A stretch of DNA of 61,158 nt, from the NCBI GenBank assembly GCA_044347345.1, contig JBIKUX010000016.1, positions 1-61,158 on the forward strand, written 5' to 3'. The notes beneath the pieces were generated by a model. That model was not told the DNA's origin. It ran no database searches and was given only the letters and a program-made list of their open reading frames with translations. This DNA comes from Bdellovibrionota bacterium (lineage in GTDB: Bacteria; Bdellovibrionota_C; UBA2361; JBIKUX01). Position numbers and translations under genes: made by a program. Below are positions 19,839 to 28,722 of the stretch, one piece after another. Each line of letters starts with the position of its first letter. Position 1 is the first letter of the stretch.

Positions 19839-19916
19839 GTCCCCGTCGTCTAGCCCGGCCTAGGACGTCAGCCTTTCACGTTGAAAACAGGGGTTCGAAT
19901 CCCCTCGGGGACGCCA
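19839..19916 (+). tRNA. tRNA-Glu (TTC)
   Basis: GTCCCCG...TCAGC-CTTTCAC-GTTGA...GGTTCGAATCC...CGGGGAC-G-CCA. Confidence 0.97.
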
Positions 19917-19992
19917 TTCTTTACCTTGCAGATTTACAATTGCAGGTGGAGTAGGTTTCATGTTCAGCTGATTGGATGGAGTTGTGGCTATT

Positions 19993-20078
19993 TCATAGCT
20001 AGGTAATCTCATAGCTAGGCAATCTCGCTGAACTAGAGATATTAGCTGGCTAGGCTCAGATTCGGCTAGGCTCTCAGA
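19993..20078. repeat. degenerate ~16-bp tandem repeat (GCTAGG core)
   Basis: TCATAGCTAGGTAATC/TCATAGCTAGGCAATC, then GGCTAGGCTCAGA/GGCTAGGCTCTCAGA. Confidence 0.7.
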
Positions 20079-20094
20079 CCTGTGTAATAAATTG

Positions 20095-21609
20095 CTAATG
20101 CTGCTTGGTTAATAATTCTCTAAACACTATATTTTTAGGATTATTTAAAATTTGTTCTAGGCTGTTATTAGCCCTCAGTAGTGTTAGGTCTCTAGTGTTC
20201 TTCTTCTCCACAACGTAAATGTCGGGTATTGAATCAGCGAGGCGTGTTTCAAGTAAATTTGTGGTAAGACCTTTTAGGTTAGTGGCTTTGCCATTTGAGT
20301 AAAACTGAGCTGAATAAGGAAGCCGCTCAATATAATTAATTCGATCACCTTGTGATACCAGCCCAGACTTAATCCAAACTTCCGAACGCCTGACCCCCAC
20401 TATTGGTAGAATAAACAGAGCCACCACAATGAAGCCAGCCGGTACGATACTAGCAATGCAAACCAATCTTCTTGGACTAATTTGCAAATATCGTTCGATA
20501 AATAGAGATAGCAAGATACTCCATGCCGGAAGGGTCGGTAGAAGATATGGGATCATTATCCCCGATGAAAAAGTAAAAATAACTGGAACCACTAATGCCC
20601 AGCTCAATAAAAATACTAGTATTTGAATAGAAGTAGGAGCAGAAACAGATGTAGAAATAGGAATAGAATTAGTCTTAATACTGAAATTAAGATTAGAGAG
20701 ATAATCTCTCCGACAATATTTAACTAAAACTGGAATAACCAATAACACCCAAGGAAGTAGCGATAAGCCTAAAAATAGCCAAATAAATCCGTGCGGCTCA
20801 ATATGAGCACTACCGTACATACTTACCCATCCAGGCTCTGTAAACCTACGAAAGTGTTCACCAATTATGTAATAGTTTAAAAAGCCTGGAGTATCAAATT
20901 CTGCCATGATGTGCCAGGGTATTGAAGCAGCTACTCCTAGTGCACAATATGCCAAAAGTTTTAGAAGCGAGTAAATCTTCTCTCTAAAATGTGACCGAGC
21001 AAAAATCTCCCAGCAACAAGCAGTAGGTACTATAATTAAAATTGCCAAAAGCCCCTTGGCAAGAAGGGCAAGGGTAATTCCTAAGGCAAAAAGAATTCCC
21101 CACCACCAATATGTCTGTAAGAATAAGGTAGTTAATGCTACAGCTACTGCGAAACAAAAAGCGCTATCAACCAAAGTCAGACCAGATAAAACATAGAACA
21201 ATCCAGTCGAAGCAAGTATTAAAGCTGCTCTGGATCGGATTATGGAACTAAGAATCCCAGCTGTACCCAAATACATGATGCCTAAGCTTGCGCATAGAAA
21301 TAAAAAACTAGGTAACCGAACTGAGAACTCGTTAGAGCCAAATACTTTAATGCACAGTGCAGCTAACCAAAAATAAAGCGGTGGTTTACCCCAAAAGGGA
21401 CGGTCGGGGTCTAGGTGTGGTACTATCCAATCGCCACTATCTCCATCATCTCCTGTGGCGACCATTTCACGGGAAATTTCGGCGTAACGGCCTTCAGATG
21501 GATCAATAAGAGGAAATGTACTAATTACTACTAATCTTATCAATAAAAATAAAAAGGCTGCTCCTAAAAATAAGTTGGAGTCGCTCTTTGTTTGCAAATT
21601 AGTGTTCAT
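20095..21609 (-). CDS. ArnT/PMT-family (GT39/GT83) lipid-carrier-dependent glycosyltransferase
   Basis: DPSEGRYAEISREM, DWIVP, KPPLYFW, RLPS, LAKG; many TM helices. Confidence 0.92.
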   Translation of the reverse strand: MNTNLQTKSDSNLFLGAAFLFLLIRLVVISTFPLIDPSEGRYAEISREMVATGDDGDSGDWIVPHLDPDRPFWGKPPLYFWLAALCIKVFGSNEFSVRLPSFLFLCASLGIMYLGTAGILSSIIRSRAALILASTGLFYVLSGLTLVDSAFCFAVAVALTTLFLQTYWWWGILFALGITLALLAKGLLAILIIVPTACCWEIFARSHFREKIYSLLKLLAYCALGVAASIPWHIMAEFDTPGFLNYYIIGEHFRRFTEPGWVSMYGSAHIEPHGFIWLFLGLSLLPWVLLVIPVLVKYCRRDYLSNLNFSIKTNSIPISTSVSAPTSIQILVFLLSWALVVPVIFTFSSGIMIPYLLPTLPAWSILLSLFIERYLQISPRRLVCIASIVPAGFIVVALFILPIVGVRRSEVWIKSGLVSQGDRINYIERLPYSAQFYSNGKATNLKGLTTNLLETRLADSIPDIYVVEKKNTRDLTLLRANNSLEQILNNPKNIVFRELLTKQH

Positions 21610-21740
21610 GACGTGGCTCGCAGAATATAGAGCTACAAAGTAGCTTTTGAAAATTTAAAGAAATTACAAAATTAAATTGAATATTTACTTTCCAATTAAG
21701 CAAAATAAACTAAATGTCTCCCAAGAAATCTTTAAATAGT

Positions 21741-21769
21741 TTGACACTAACCAAACAAATGGGCACCCT
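21741..21769 (+). promoter_or_regulatory. putative sigma70 promoter for the tRNA-Lys remnant
   Basis: TTGACA-17 bp-CACCCT (weak -10), about 20 nt upstream of the tRNA-like sequence. Confidence 0.4.
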
Positions 21770-21787
21770 CTCCACGAAGATTTTTGT

Positions 21788-21843
21788 CGGCTGATAGCTC
21801 AGCTGGCAGAGCAGCTAACTCTTAAGCGACTACTCAGCTACCA
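21788..21843 (+). pseudogene. internally deleted tRNA-Lys (CTT)
   Basis: CGGCTGA-TA-GCTC-AGCTGGCA-GAGC-A-GCTAA-CTCTTAA is a normal 5' half. It is followed by GCGACTAC and TCAGCT-A-CCA, which pairs with GGCTGA. No T-arm (no TTCG). Confidence 0.8.
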
Positions 21844-21864
21844 CCATTCTGCTACCACCATTCT
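21837..21864. repeat. 14-bp perfect tandem duplication at the tRNA remnant 3' end
   Basis: GCTACCACCATTCT twice. Confidence 0.95.
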
Positions 21865-22154
21865 ATATGACTATGTTTTAATCCAATCATTTCAATAATA
21901 TAATGAGCTTCTAAATTAGCTAGTTTTATATTATCGGCAATTTCTCTTGTGTCAGTTTTGTGTTGTTGGGTCGATATGTTCTCTATTGGTATGGTGCAAA
22001 AACTTACATTCTGGAAGGAATACTTTAAACTGAAGAATGGCAGAATCAAAGTATTTAAGCGTAGTGGAGTCTCAGTAATAGAGTCTCAGACAAATTCTAT
22101 GCACGATTCACATTTCATGGCGAAAAAGGCTACGTTCAAGAATCGCTAAAGACT

Positions 22155-23396
22155 TAGAGAACCAACCAAAAAGTAGACAATAAGTTACTAAGCAGCGGTC
22201 TTTAAACTCTCAAATTCGAGGGGAGAAAGATAGCCTAAACACGAGTGTGAGCATACCGTGTTGTAATAGCCCTAGATATATTCAAACAGTTCTCTTTCAA
22301 TTTGGAATTTAGTGAGCTCTCCTAACAGATAAACTAGCTCCTTTTTAAGAATAGCAAAGAAGCTCTCTGTTGGGGCGCTGTTACAGCAATGGCCTTTTCT
22401 ACTCATGCTCTGAGTAAAGCTCTCATTTTTTATCACTGCTTTAAAATCATGGCTAGCAAACTGCACCCCCCGATCAGAGTGAATAAGCAAGCCGAGACCG
22501 AGACACTAGGTCGGTATCGCTTAAGTGCTGACTAAAAGGTCATTAACACAAGCTCAGTGTTAATCGTGGTGCTAGTTTAATAAACCACCACCCTCCTATT
22601 TATTGAATAAGTCTGGTATGACTACCAGTTATTTATAGCCATCCACTTTGGGTTTTTATGTACTTTACATCAGTAGTCCAAACCTGATTCGGCTCACTCG
22701 GTGAAAAGTTATGATTCAGGGTATTATCTGAAACGACTAATTTAGGCTTCGAGTCAGTTGTTATTACTTTAAATCTCTTGGTATGAACACTCACTAAGCC
22801 CATGGCTTTCATGTGTCGATTAACTCTCTTAACGCTACCCATATCTTCTCTTATGGTGGTTAAATATCTCGTTGACCTTACAAGACTTAACATCTTGGCT
22901 TGAATCTGTCGCTCGGTTACTTTTGAGCACGCCTTCTTGGCCATTTATAATACCCGCTCCTAGATACATATAAAATTTCACACATAACTAAAAGCGGATA
23001 CTGTGCCTGATGGTCATTAATAAACTGGTATCTTAGACACTTTTTTTGTCGAATAAGCTTGTCGCCTTTTTTAAAATTTCTACCTCCTCCAGGGTCTTTC
23101 CGCCTCAGTTCAGTAGTTAAGTCTCGATATCTCTTTGTCGATGCGACTTTTGACTCTAACACCTTCTTCAGATACTGAGACAAACCTCCCCCGGCTTCAT
23201 ACTACTTCAGCCACTTCGAAAGGCTTGAGTCGGCTACTCCAAGTTCTTTTGATATTTACCCCTCCAACTTGCCACTATTCTTAAAAAATTCAACAGCATA
23301 AACTTGCTCTTTTATCATACTACCAATCACTTATTATACTTTTCGACAGTTTCCATTTTCTGCTACTACTACTGTCTACTTTTTGGGAGGCTTCTA
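22155..23396 (-). mobile_element. decayed full-length IS3-family insertion sequence (1,242 bp)
   Basis: TIR core CCAAAAAGTAGACA (22166-22179) / TGTCTACTTTTTGG (23373-23386). OrfA HTH remnant ISKELGVADSSLSKW and EEVEILKKAT with an AAAAAAG slip site (~23066-23072). OrfB fragments PNQVWTTD, HSDRGVQF, QSMSRKG.C, ESFF..LKKE and EYI*GYYN..HSCLGYLSP. Flanks GACT/GAGT may be an eroded target duplication. Confidence 0.92.
22267..22988. repeat. 722-bp direct repeat, copy 1 (IS3 interior)
   Basis: Matches 25426-26147 (offset 3159) with no mismatch found in the stretches compared by eye; the ORF-track peptides are identical. Confidence 0.93.
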
Positions 23397-23532
23397 GAGT
23401 TACGAGATGCGAACTGTAATCACACGAAAGGGAAGGTGGGCTTTTCAAACCGGCCATCACTAGCGACGCTTCATTGGGTGCCTCTATTCTATATAGGTAT
23501 ACAGAAAAGAAAATATATTAAATATGTATCAA

Positions 23533-23618
23533 ACTAGATAGTATTACTATCTATATAGACACTATCCTCATAGCATGCTTTTATATGGTGCAATACTAGA
23601 TAGTATTACTGCCTATAT
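23533..23618 (+). promoter_or_regulatory. two palindromic operator-like sites upstream of abiEi
   Basis: TAGATAGTA-T-TACTATCTA (23535-23553, perfect palindrome) and TAGATAGTATTACTGCCTA (23597-23615); 62-bp period. Confidence 0.75.
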
Positions 23619-24384
23619 GAGCACTAAAATACAACAACTACTTAAAAAATGGCCTTCAGGAGCTATCAAGACCGTTGCTGGTCTAAAGGAATCCGGGTAC
23701 TCACAATCTTTGATAAACCATTACCGAAAATCAGGTTGGATACATTCTGTTGCCGATGGAGTTGTCATAAGAGCAGGTGATACACCTTCAATTTTCTCAG
23801 CCGTCGCAACATTACAAAATGAACTTAAGCTTGATGTTAGGGTAGGAGGAATCACTGCATTAGAACTTCAAGGCAGTGCTCACTATATACGCAAAGGTAA
23901 CAGTGCATTTCATATATTTGGAACTCCAAAAAGACTTCCAACATGGATCAGAAATTATCAGTGGAAAGAAGATGTGCAATATCATTCCACCACTCTATTT
24001 AAAGAAGGTTTCAAAGTTGGTTTGAAGAGCTTTACTGATGAAGGAATAACGGCGTCGATATCTAATCAAGTTCAGGCACTAATTGAATTTTTAAGCCTTG
24101 TTCCGATGAAACATACTGCGGAAGAAGCGAAAGAACTTATGGGAAGCTTAATAACACCTGTGCCTGCAAAGGTTCAGCAACTACTCAGCGAATGCAATTC
24201 TTATAAGGTAAAAAGGCTCTTTTTGTTACTTGCTGATGAGTGTAATCATGCGTGGTTCAAAAAACTAGATTTGAAATCTATAGACCTAGGAAAGGGGAGT
24301 ATGAGTCTTTCTAAAGGAGGCCGTTACAGTAAGAAGTATAAACTTATCGTTCCTGAATCAATATTAACGAGTGAATACAAATGA
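23617..24384 (+). CDS. abiEi: type IV TA antitoxin, AbiEi family
   Basis: KIQQLL..WP.G, Y.KSGW, VGGITALELQG.AHY, LP.W, LL.EC.S.KVKRLFL.LA....HAW...LD...IDLGKG; overlaps the toxin gene by ATGA; likely start at 23617. Confidence 0.92.
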   Translation: MSTKIQQLLKKWPSGAIKTVAGLKESGYSQSLINHYRKSGWIHSVADGVVIRAGDTPSIFSAVATLQNELKLDVRVGGITALELQGSAHYIRKGNSAFHIFGTPKRLPTWIRNYQWKEDVQYHSTTLFKEGFKVGLKSFTDEGITASISNQVQALIEFLSLVPMKHTAEEAKELMGSLITPVPAKVQQLLSECNSYKVKRLFLLLADECNHAWFKKLDLKSIDLGKGSMSLSKGGRYSKKYKLIVPESILTSEYK

Positions 24385-25298
24385 AAAATTCTAAATACCA
24401 TCACTCAGTATTGTTACTTCTTCAAGTGCTTCCTTCAGTCAGCACAGAGACAGAGTTCGCTCTAAAAGGAGGTACTGCAATAAATCTCTTTTTAAGAGAT
24501 ATGCCTCGATTGTCTGTTGATATCGATCTAACATATTTGCCCAAGGGCTCAAGAGAGGATTCTTTAGATGCTATTCATGCAGGTTTAAGGAAAATCAAAA
24601 AAAATATTGAGAGTACCGTAAATAATGTCAAAGTGACATTTGTTCACGTTAAAGATATTCCAGTTCCGACATCACTTAATGTGCAAAGTAAAAACGCTAC
24701 AATAAAAATCGAAACAAATTTAGTGCTTAGAGGCTCAGTATATCCTTCAAAAAACATGGGACTTTGTATCTCGGCTCAAGAAGAATTTGAAATTTATACA
24801 GATATTCAGACACTTTCTGATGCTGATATCTATGGCGGAAAGTTATGTGCTGCACTTGATAGGCAACATCCAAGAGATCTTTACGATGTAATGATTCTTC
24901 TTGAGAATGAAGGAATTACAGACGAGATACGAAAAGCATTTATCGTTTATTTAGCATCACACTCAAGGCCGATGAATGAACTATTGGCTCCAAACTGGAA
25001 AAATATTAGCGAAGTCTTTCACAAAGAATTTGTTGGAATGACTACTGAACCTGTCGAGTTATCTTCTCTACTCAACGCTAGAGATATAATGCTTTCGACT
25101 TTAAGAAAGGATCTCACCAAAGAAGAAAAACAATTCTTAATCTCTATGAAAGATGGGACTCCTGACTGGAATATCCTGGGAATTAAAGGATTAGAAAATC
25201 TTCCAGGACTTCAATGGAAGTTAAGTAACATACTAAAAATGAATCAAGATAAACGCAGTAGTGCATTAGAAAAACTAAAGGATGCTTTATCAACGTAA
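24381..25298 (+). CDS. abiEii: type IV TA toxin, AbiEii nucleotidyltransferase
   Basis: FALKGGTAINLFLRDMPRLSVDIDL, YGGKLCAALDRQHPRDLYD, LPGLQWKL.N. Confidence 0.95.
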   Translation: MKNSKYHHSVLLLLQVLPSVSTETEFALKGGTAINLFLRDMPRLSVDIDLTYLPKGSREDSLDAIHAGLRKIKKNIESTVNNVKVTFVHVKDIPVPTSLNVQSKNATIKIETNLVLRGSVYPSKNMGLCISAQEEFEIYTDIQTLSDADIYGGKLCAALDRQHPRDLYDVMILLENEGITDEIRKAFIVYLASHSRPMNELLAPNWKNISEVFHKEFVGMTTEPVELSSLLNARDIMLSTLRKDLTKEEKQFLISMKDGTPDWNILGIKGLENLPGLQWKLSNILKMNQDKRSSALEKLKDALST

Positions 25299-25325
25299 GG
25301 CCAAAGTAAGGACTAAAATTCTATA

Positions 25326-25484
25326 ATGATTACAAAAGCAACATTTCTCTATTATGTTGAATGTCCCACACTTTACTTTCGTGGTTTCAGCTCAGAGAAA
25401 AACAAGATGGTAAAAAATAAGAAAGTAGCCCTAGATATATTCAAACAGTTCTCTTTCAATTTGGAATTTAGTGAGCTCTCCTAA
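25326..25484 (+). pseudogene. probable truncated gene start (RecB/Cas4-like or DUF2779-type nuclease N-terminus), cut by the IS repeat
   Basis: AAGGA RBS then MITKATFLYYVECPTLYF; the frame enters the repeat at 25426 and stops at 25484. Confidence 0.35.
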
Positions 25485-26147
25485 CAGATAAACTAGCTCC
25501 TTTTTAAGAATAGCAAAGAAGCTCTCTGTTGGGGCGCTGTTACAGCAATGGCCTTTTCTACTCATGCTCTGAGTAAAGCTCTCATTTTTTATCACTGCTT
25601 TAAAATCATGGCTAGCAAACTGCACCCCCCGATCAGAGTGAATAAGCAAGCCGAGACCGAGACACTAGGTCGGTATCGCTTAAGTGCTGACTAAAAGGTC
25701 ATTAACACAAGCTCAGTGTTAATCGTGGTGCTAGTTTAATAAACCACCACCCTCCTATTTATTGAATAAGTCTGGTATGACTACCAGTTATTTATAGCCA
25801 TCCACTTTGGGTTTTTATGTACTTTACATCAGTAGTCCAAACCTGATTCGGCTCACTCGGTGAAAAGTTATGATTCAGGGTATTATCTGAAACGACTAAT
25901 TTAGGCTTCGAGTCAGTTGTTATTACTTTAAATCTCTTGGTATGAACACTCACTAAGCCCATGGCTTTCATGTGTCGATTAACTCTCTTAACGCTACCCA
26001 TATCTTCTCTTATGGTGGTTAAATATCTCGTTGACCTTACAAGACTTAACATCTTGGCTTGAATCTGTCGCTCGGTTACTTTTGAGCACGCCTTCTTGGC
26101 CATTTATAATACCCGCTCCTAGATACATATAAAATTTCACACATAAC
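25426..26147 (-). mobile_element. 722-bp internal IS3 fragment (direct repeat copy 2, no termini)
   Basis: Same sequence and same inactivating lesions as 22267-22988; lacks both TIRs. Confidence 0.92.
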
Positions 26148-26158
26148 CCTGTATCCCC

Positions 26159-26184
26159 CCTACCCCTGTGTCCTACCCCTGTGT
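26159..26184. repeat. 13-bp tandem duplication at the island right junction
   Basis: CCTACCCCTGTGT twice, preceded by partial ACCCTGTAT. Confidence 0.9.
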
Positions 26185-26235
26185 CTCTGAGGTATAGCTA
26201 TATTAAAGGGAATCAGGGGGTTAGCCATTGCTGGT

Positions 26236-26262
26236 TAAGCAAATTTTTCTGGTGTCCGACTT
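26236..26262 (+). promoter_or_regulatory. putative sigma28 (FliA)-type promoter of motAB
   Basis: TAAG-N15-TCCGACTT versus consensus TAAA-N15-GCCGATAA, about 40 nt before motA. Confidence 0.45.
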
Positions 26263-26301
26263 TATCCTATGAGTAGGGATGCTGAATTTTTGTAAGGTAA
26301 C

Positions 26302-27159
26302 ATGGGAGTAATAGTCGGAATCATTGGAGTAACGCTTTGCGTTATTGTCGGATTCGTAGGCCCTGGAGGCCCATTACCAATACTATTTCAACCTTTCGAA
26401 CTCCTTGTAATTGGAGGTTCTGCAATCTTTACCCTCTTTACAGCTAACACAGCTCCCATTCTTAAAGGTCTAATACCAGCCGTGATGAAAGCAGTAAAAG
26501 GGAGTGGTATCGATAAAAAAATGTATAACGAGCTTCTAGGGCTACTGGCTGCTATGTTTGACGTTATGCGTCGAGAGGGAGTTTTAGGCATAGAGGCAGA
26601 CTTATCCGACCCTCACAACAGTAAAAGGTTTAACAAATTTCCTAAAATTGCTCATGATCACCACCTAATGGAAACGCTATGTAGTGCGCTAAGGCTTTTT
26701 GTTGATGGGGTAGTAAGTGCCTTTGATCTTGAAAAGCTGCTTGATACAGAAATCGATACTCATCATGAGGAGGCAATGTACCAGCCTGCCGCAATAAAAA
26801 ATCTTGCCGATGCCTTTCCCGCCTTAGGAATAGTAGCGGCGGTTCTCGGAATTATAATAACCATGCAGCATCTCGACGGGCCACCCCAAGAGATCGGACA
26901 TCACGTAGCTGCAGCTCTCGTAGGAACAATGCTCGGAATACTTCTTTCCTACGGATATGTTGGACCCCTCGGTACCAAGATGGAGCACATTGCTCACGAG
27001 CAAACAAATATCTTAAAAACGGTGCGTGCTGCTCTCGTGTCATTTGCCGGTGGTGCACCACCTCAAGTAGCACTTGAATTCGCCCGTAAAACAATCCCCG
27101 CTGATTGTCGCCCCACTGCTGAAGAGCTCGAAGAGATTATCAAAGAAGCGAAAAAGTAA
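26302..27159 (+). CDS. motA: flagellar stator protein MotA
   Basis: QPFELLVIGG, RREGVLGIE, ADAFPALGIVAAVLGII.TM, AALVGTMLGILLSYG, EFARK. Confidence 0.97.
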   Translation: MGVIVGIIGVTLCVIVGFVGPGGPLPILFQPFELLVIGGSAIFTLFTANTAPILKGLIPAVMKAVKGSGIDKKMYNELLGLLAAMFDVMRREGVLGIEADLSDPHNSKRFNKFPKIAHDHHLMETLCSALRLFVDGVVSAFDLEKLLDTEIDTHHEEAMYQPAAIKNLADAFPALGIVAAVLGIIITMQHLDGPPQEIGHHVAAALVGTMLGILLSYGYVGPLGTKMEHIAHEQTNILKTVRAALVSFAGGAPPQVALEFARKTIPADCRPTAEELEEIIKEAKK

Positions 27160-27180
27160 CCTCTTCGTTAATAGCTCCAA

Positions 27181-28710
27181 ATGGCAGATGACAAACCAAT
27201 AATCATAATTAAGAAAAAAGGTGGTCACGGTGGTCATCACGGTGGAGCTTGGAAGGTGGCTTATGCCGACTTTGTTACCGCGATGATGGCATTTTTCATG
27301 GTGATGTGGCTTCTCAATTCATCAGAATCTAGAGTTAAAGAAGCAGTTGCCTCATATTTTCGTAAACCTGGTATCTTTGAAGAAGCTTCACAAAATCCGA
27401 TTGATCATCAAGGCGGCGCCGGTATTCTGCCAGATAGCTATCAACCACCACGCCCTGATGACTTGTTTAATAAATGGGAGCTTCGAAAAAGATTACCGAC
27501 ATTAGCCGAAGAAATAGAGAAACAACTCAAAGAAAAACAACGAATGAAAGGGCTTTCAGAAGACCCTCCAAATAACGAACTGATTGACTCTCTGGCTCCT
27601 CTAATCCCAGAACCACCACAAGAGCAAGGAAAAGCCTTAAAAGGTCTTCCTATTACTACCAATCCACCTCCACAGGGCTCGTATTCAAAGATCGTTGTCT
27701 ATCCCGACACCGGACAGGGAGGTAGCACGCAACCACCGCAAGGGCCCAATTCAAGAAGCTTGATAACTGATGGCGTAATCCAGCCTAAAAAAGGAGAAAA
27801 ATCAGATGAAAAAGAAGAAGGTATCGCTACAAAAGATGGAGCTAAAGACCACGGCGACCAAAAAAAAGGCGCTAATCAAGATAGCACTAAAAATGAGATA
27901 AAAACCGCCCAACAAAAAAGCTTGGAAGAAATACTTGAAGAGATTCGCCAACAGATTGAAGCTAATTCCGAACTAAAAGAGCTTCTCGGTGATATCGAGG
28001 TAAACCTCGATGCGAATGGAATAGAAATTGAAATTATGGATACGGAAAGCACCTCCATGTTTGAGAGTGGTAGTGATCGAATTAGGCAGGAAGTACGCCC
28101 TGCATTCGGCAAGCTAGCAGAGATTCTAAGCCCGATATCCCAAAAACTTGAAGTAGTAGGCCATACAGATGCTAAACCATTCCCCACCCAAAACTATTCA
28201 AATTGGGATCTTTCCACCGACCGCGCCAATGAAGCCAGAAGACTTTTAACTGCAAGCGGTATAGCTGATGAAAAAATAACATCTGTCAAAGGACGAGCCG
28301 CCATGCATCCACGCAAAGTTGAGGATCCTACTCATTTTTCAAACCGTCGCATAACATTACGTATTGAATTTCCTGCTCAAGCTAAACCCAGTAATACAAG
28401 CGCCGAAAAACAACAAAACAAAGACTCTGTAAATAGCAACGCTAGCAAACAACAAACAAATAAGTCTTTACCTAATCAAAAAATTATTCCAACTCCCCGT
28501 GCTGTATCCTTAGATCAACTAATTAAAAATAAAAAGAAGGTAACCCCTGATGATATTCTTAATTCCGTAAAGCAAAGTGGGACAACTTTACAGCAAATCC
28601 CTGAAAAATCATCACTATCACGCGAAGCCAATGAGGCAACCGTAATAGAAGAATCTAATCAAGTTTTATTCGATTCAGACCCTATATTTTTAGACTCAGA
28701 TTGGTTCTAA
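27181..28710 (+). CDS. motB: flagellar stator protein MotB (extended, 509 aa)
   Basis: HHGGAWKVAYADFVTAMMAFFMVMWL; OmpA-like domain GHTD, NWDLSTDRAN.AR, NRRI. Confidence 0.95.
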   Translation: MADDKPIIIIKKKGGHGGHHGGAWKVAYADFVTAMMAFFMVMWLLNSSESRVKEAVASYFRKPGIFEEASQNPIDHQGGAGILPDSYQPPRPDDLFNKWELRKRLPTLAEEIEKQLKEKQRMKGLSEDPPNNELIDSLAPLIPEPPQEQGKALKGLPITTNPPPQGSYSKIVVYPDTGQGGSTQPPQGPNSRSLITDGVIQPKKGEKSDEKEEGIATKDGAKDHGDQKKGANQDSTKNEIKTAQQKSLEEILEEIRQQIEANSELKELLGDIEVNLDANGIEIEIMDTESTSMFESGSDRIRQEVRPAFGKLAEILSPISQKLEVVGHTDAKPFPTQNYSNWDLSTDRANEARRLLTASGIADEKITSVKGRAAMHPRKVEDPTHFSNRRITLRIEFPAQAKPSNTSAEKQQNKDSVNSNASKQQTNKSLPNQKIIPTPRAVSLDQLIKNKKKVTPDDILNSVKQSGTTLQQIPEKSSLSREANEATVIEESNQVLFDSDPIFLDSDWF

Positions 28711-28722
28711 CTTAACGAGGGC

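Noticed and set aside
21852..22149. Small ORFs (65-66 aa) in the island's left part
   Set aside because: They overlap on opposite strands with no recognisable motif or RBS; probably decayed sequence.
22155..26147. Active composite transposon
   Set aside because: The transposase has stops and frameshifts, and the second copy has no terminal inverted repeats.
26302..28710. motAB beside a defence island as Zorya ZorA/ZorB
   Set aside because: The motifs are typical of flagellar stators, MotA lacks the long ZorA tail, there are no zorC/D/E genes, and the pair lies outside the repeat boundary.
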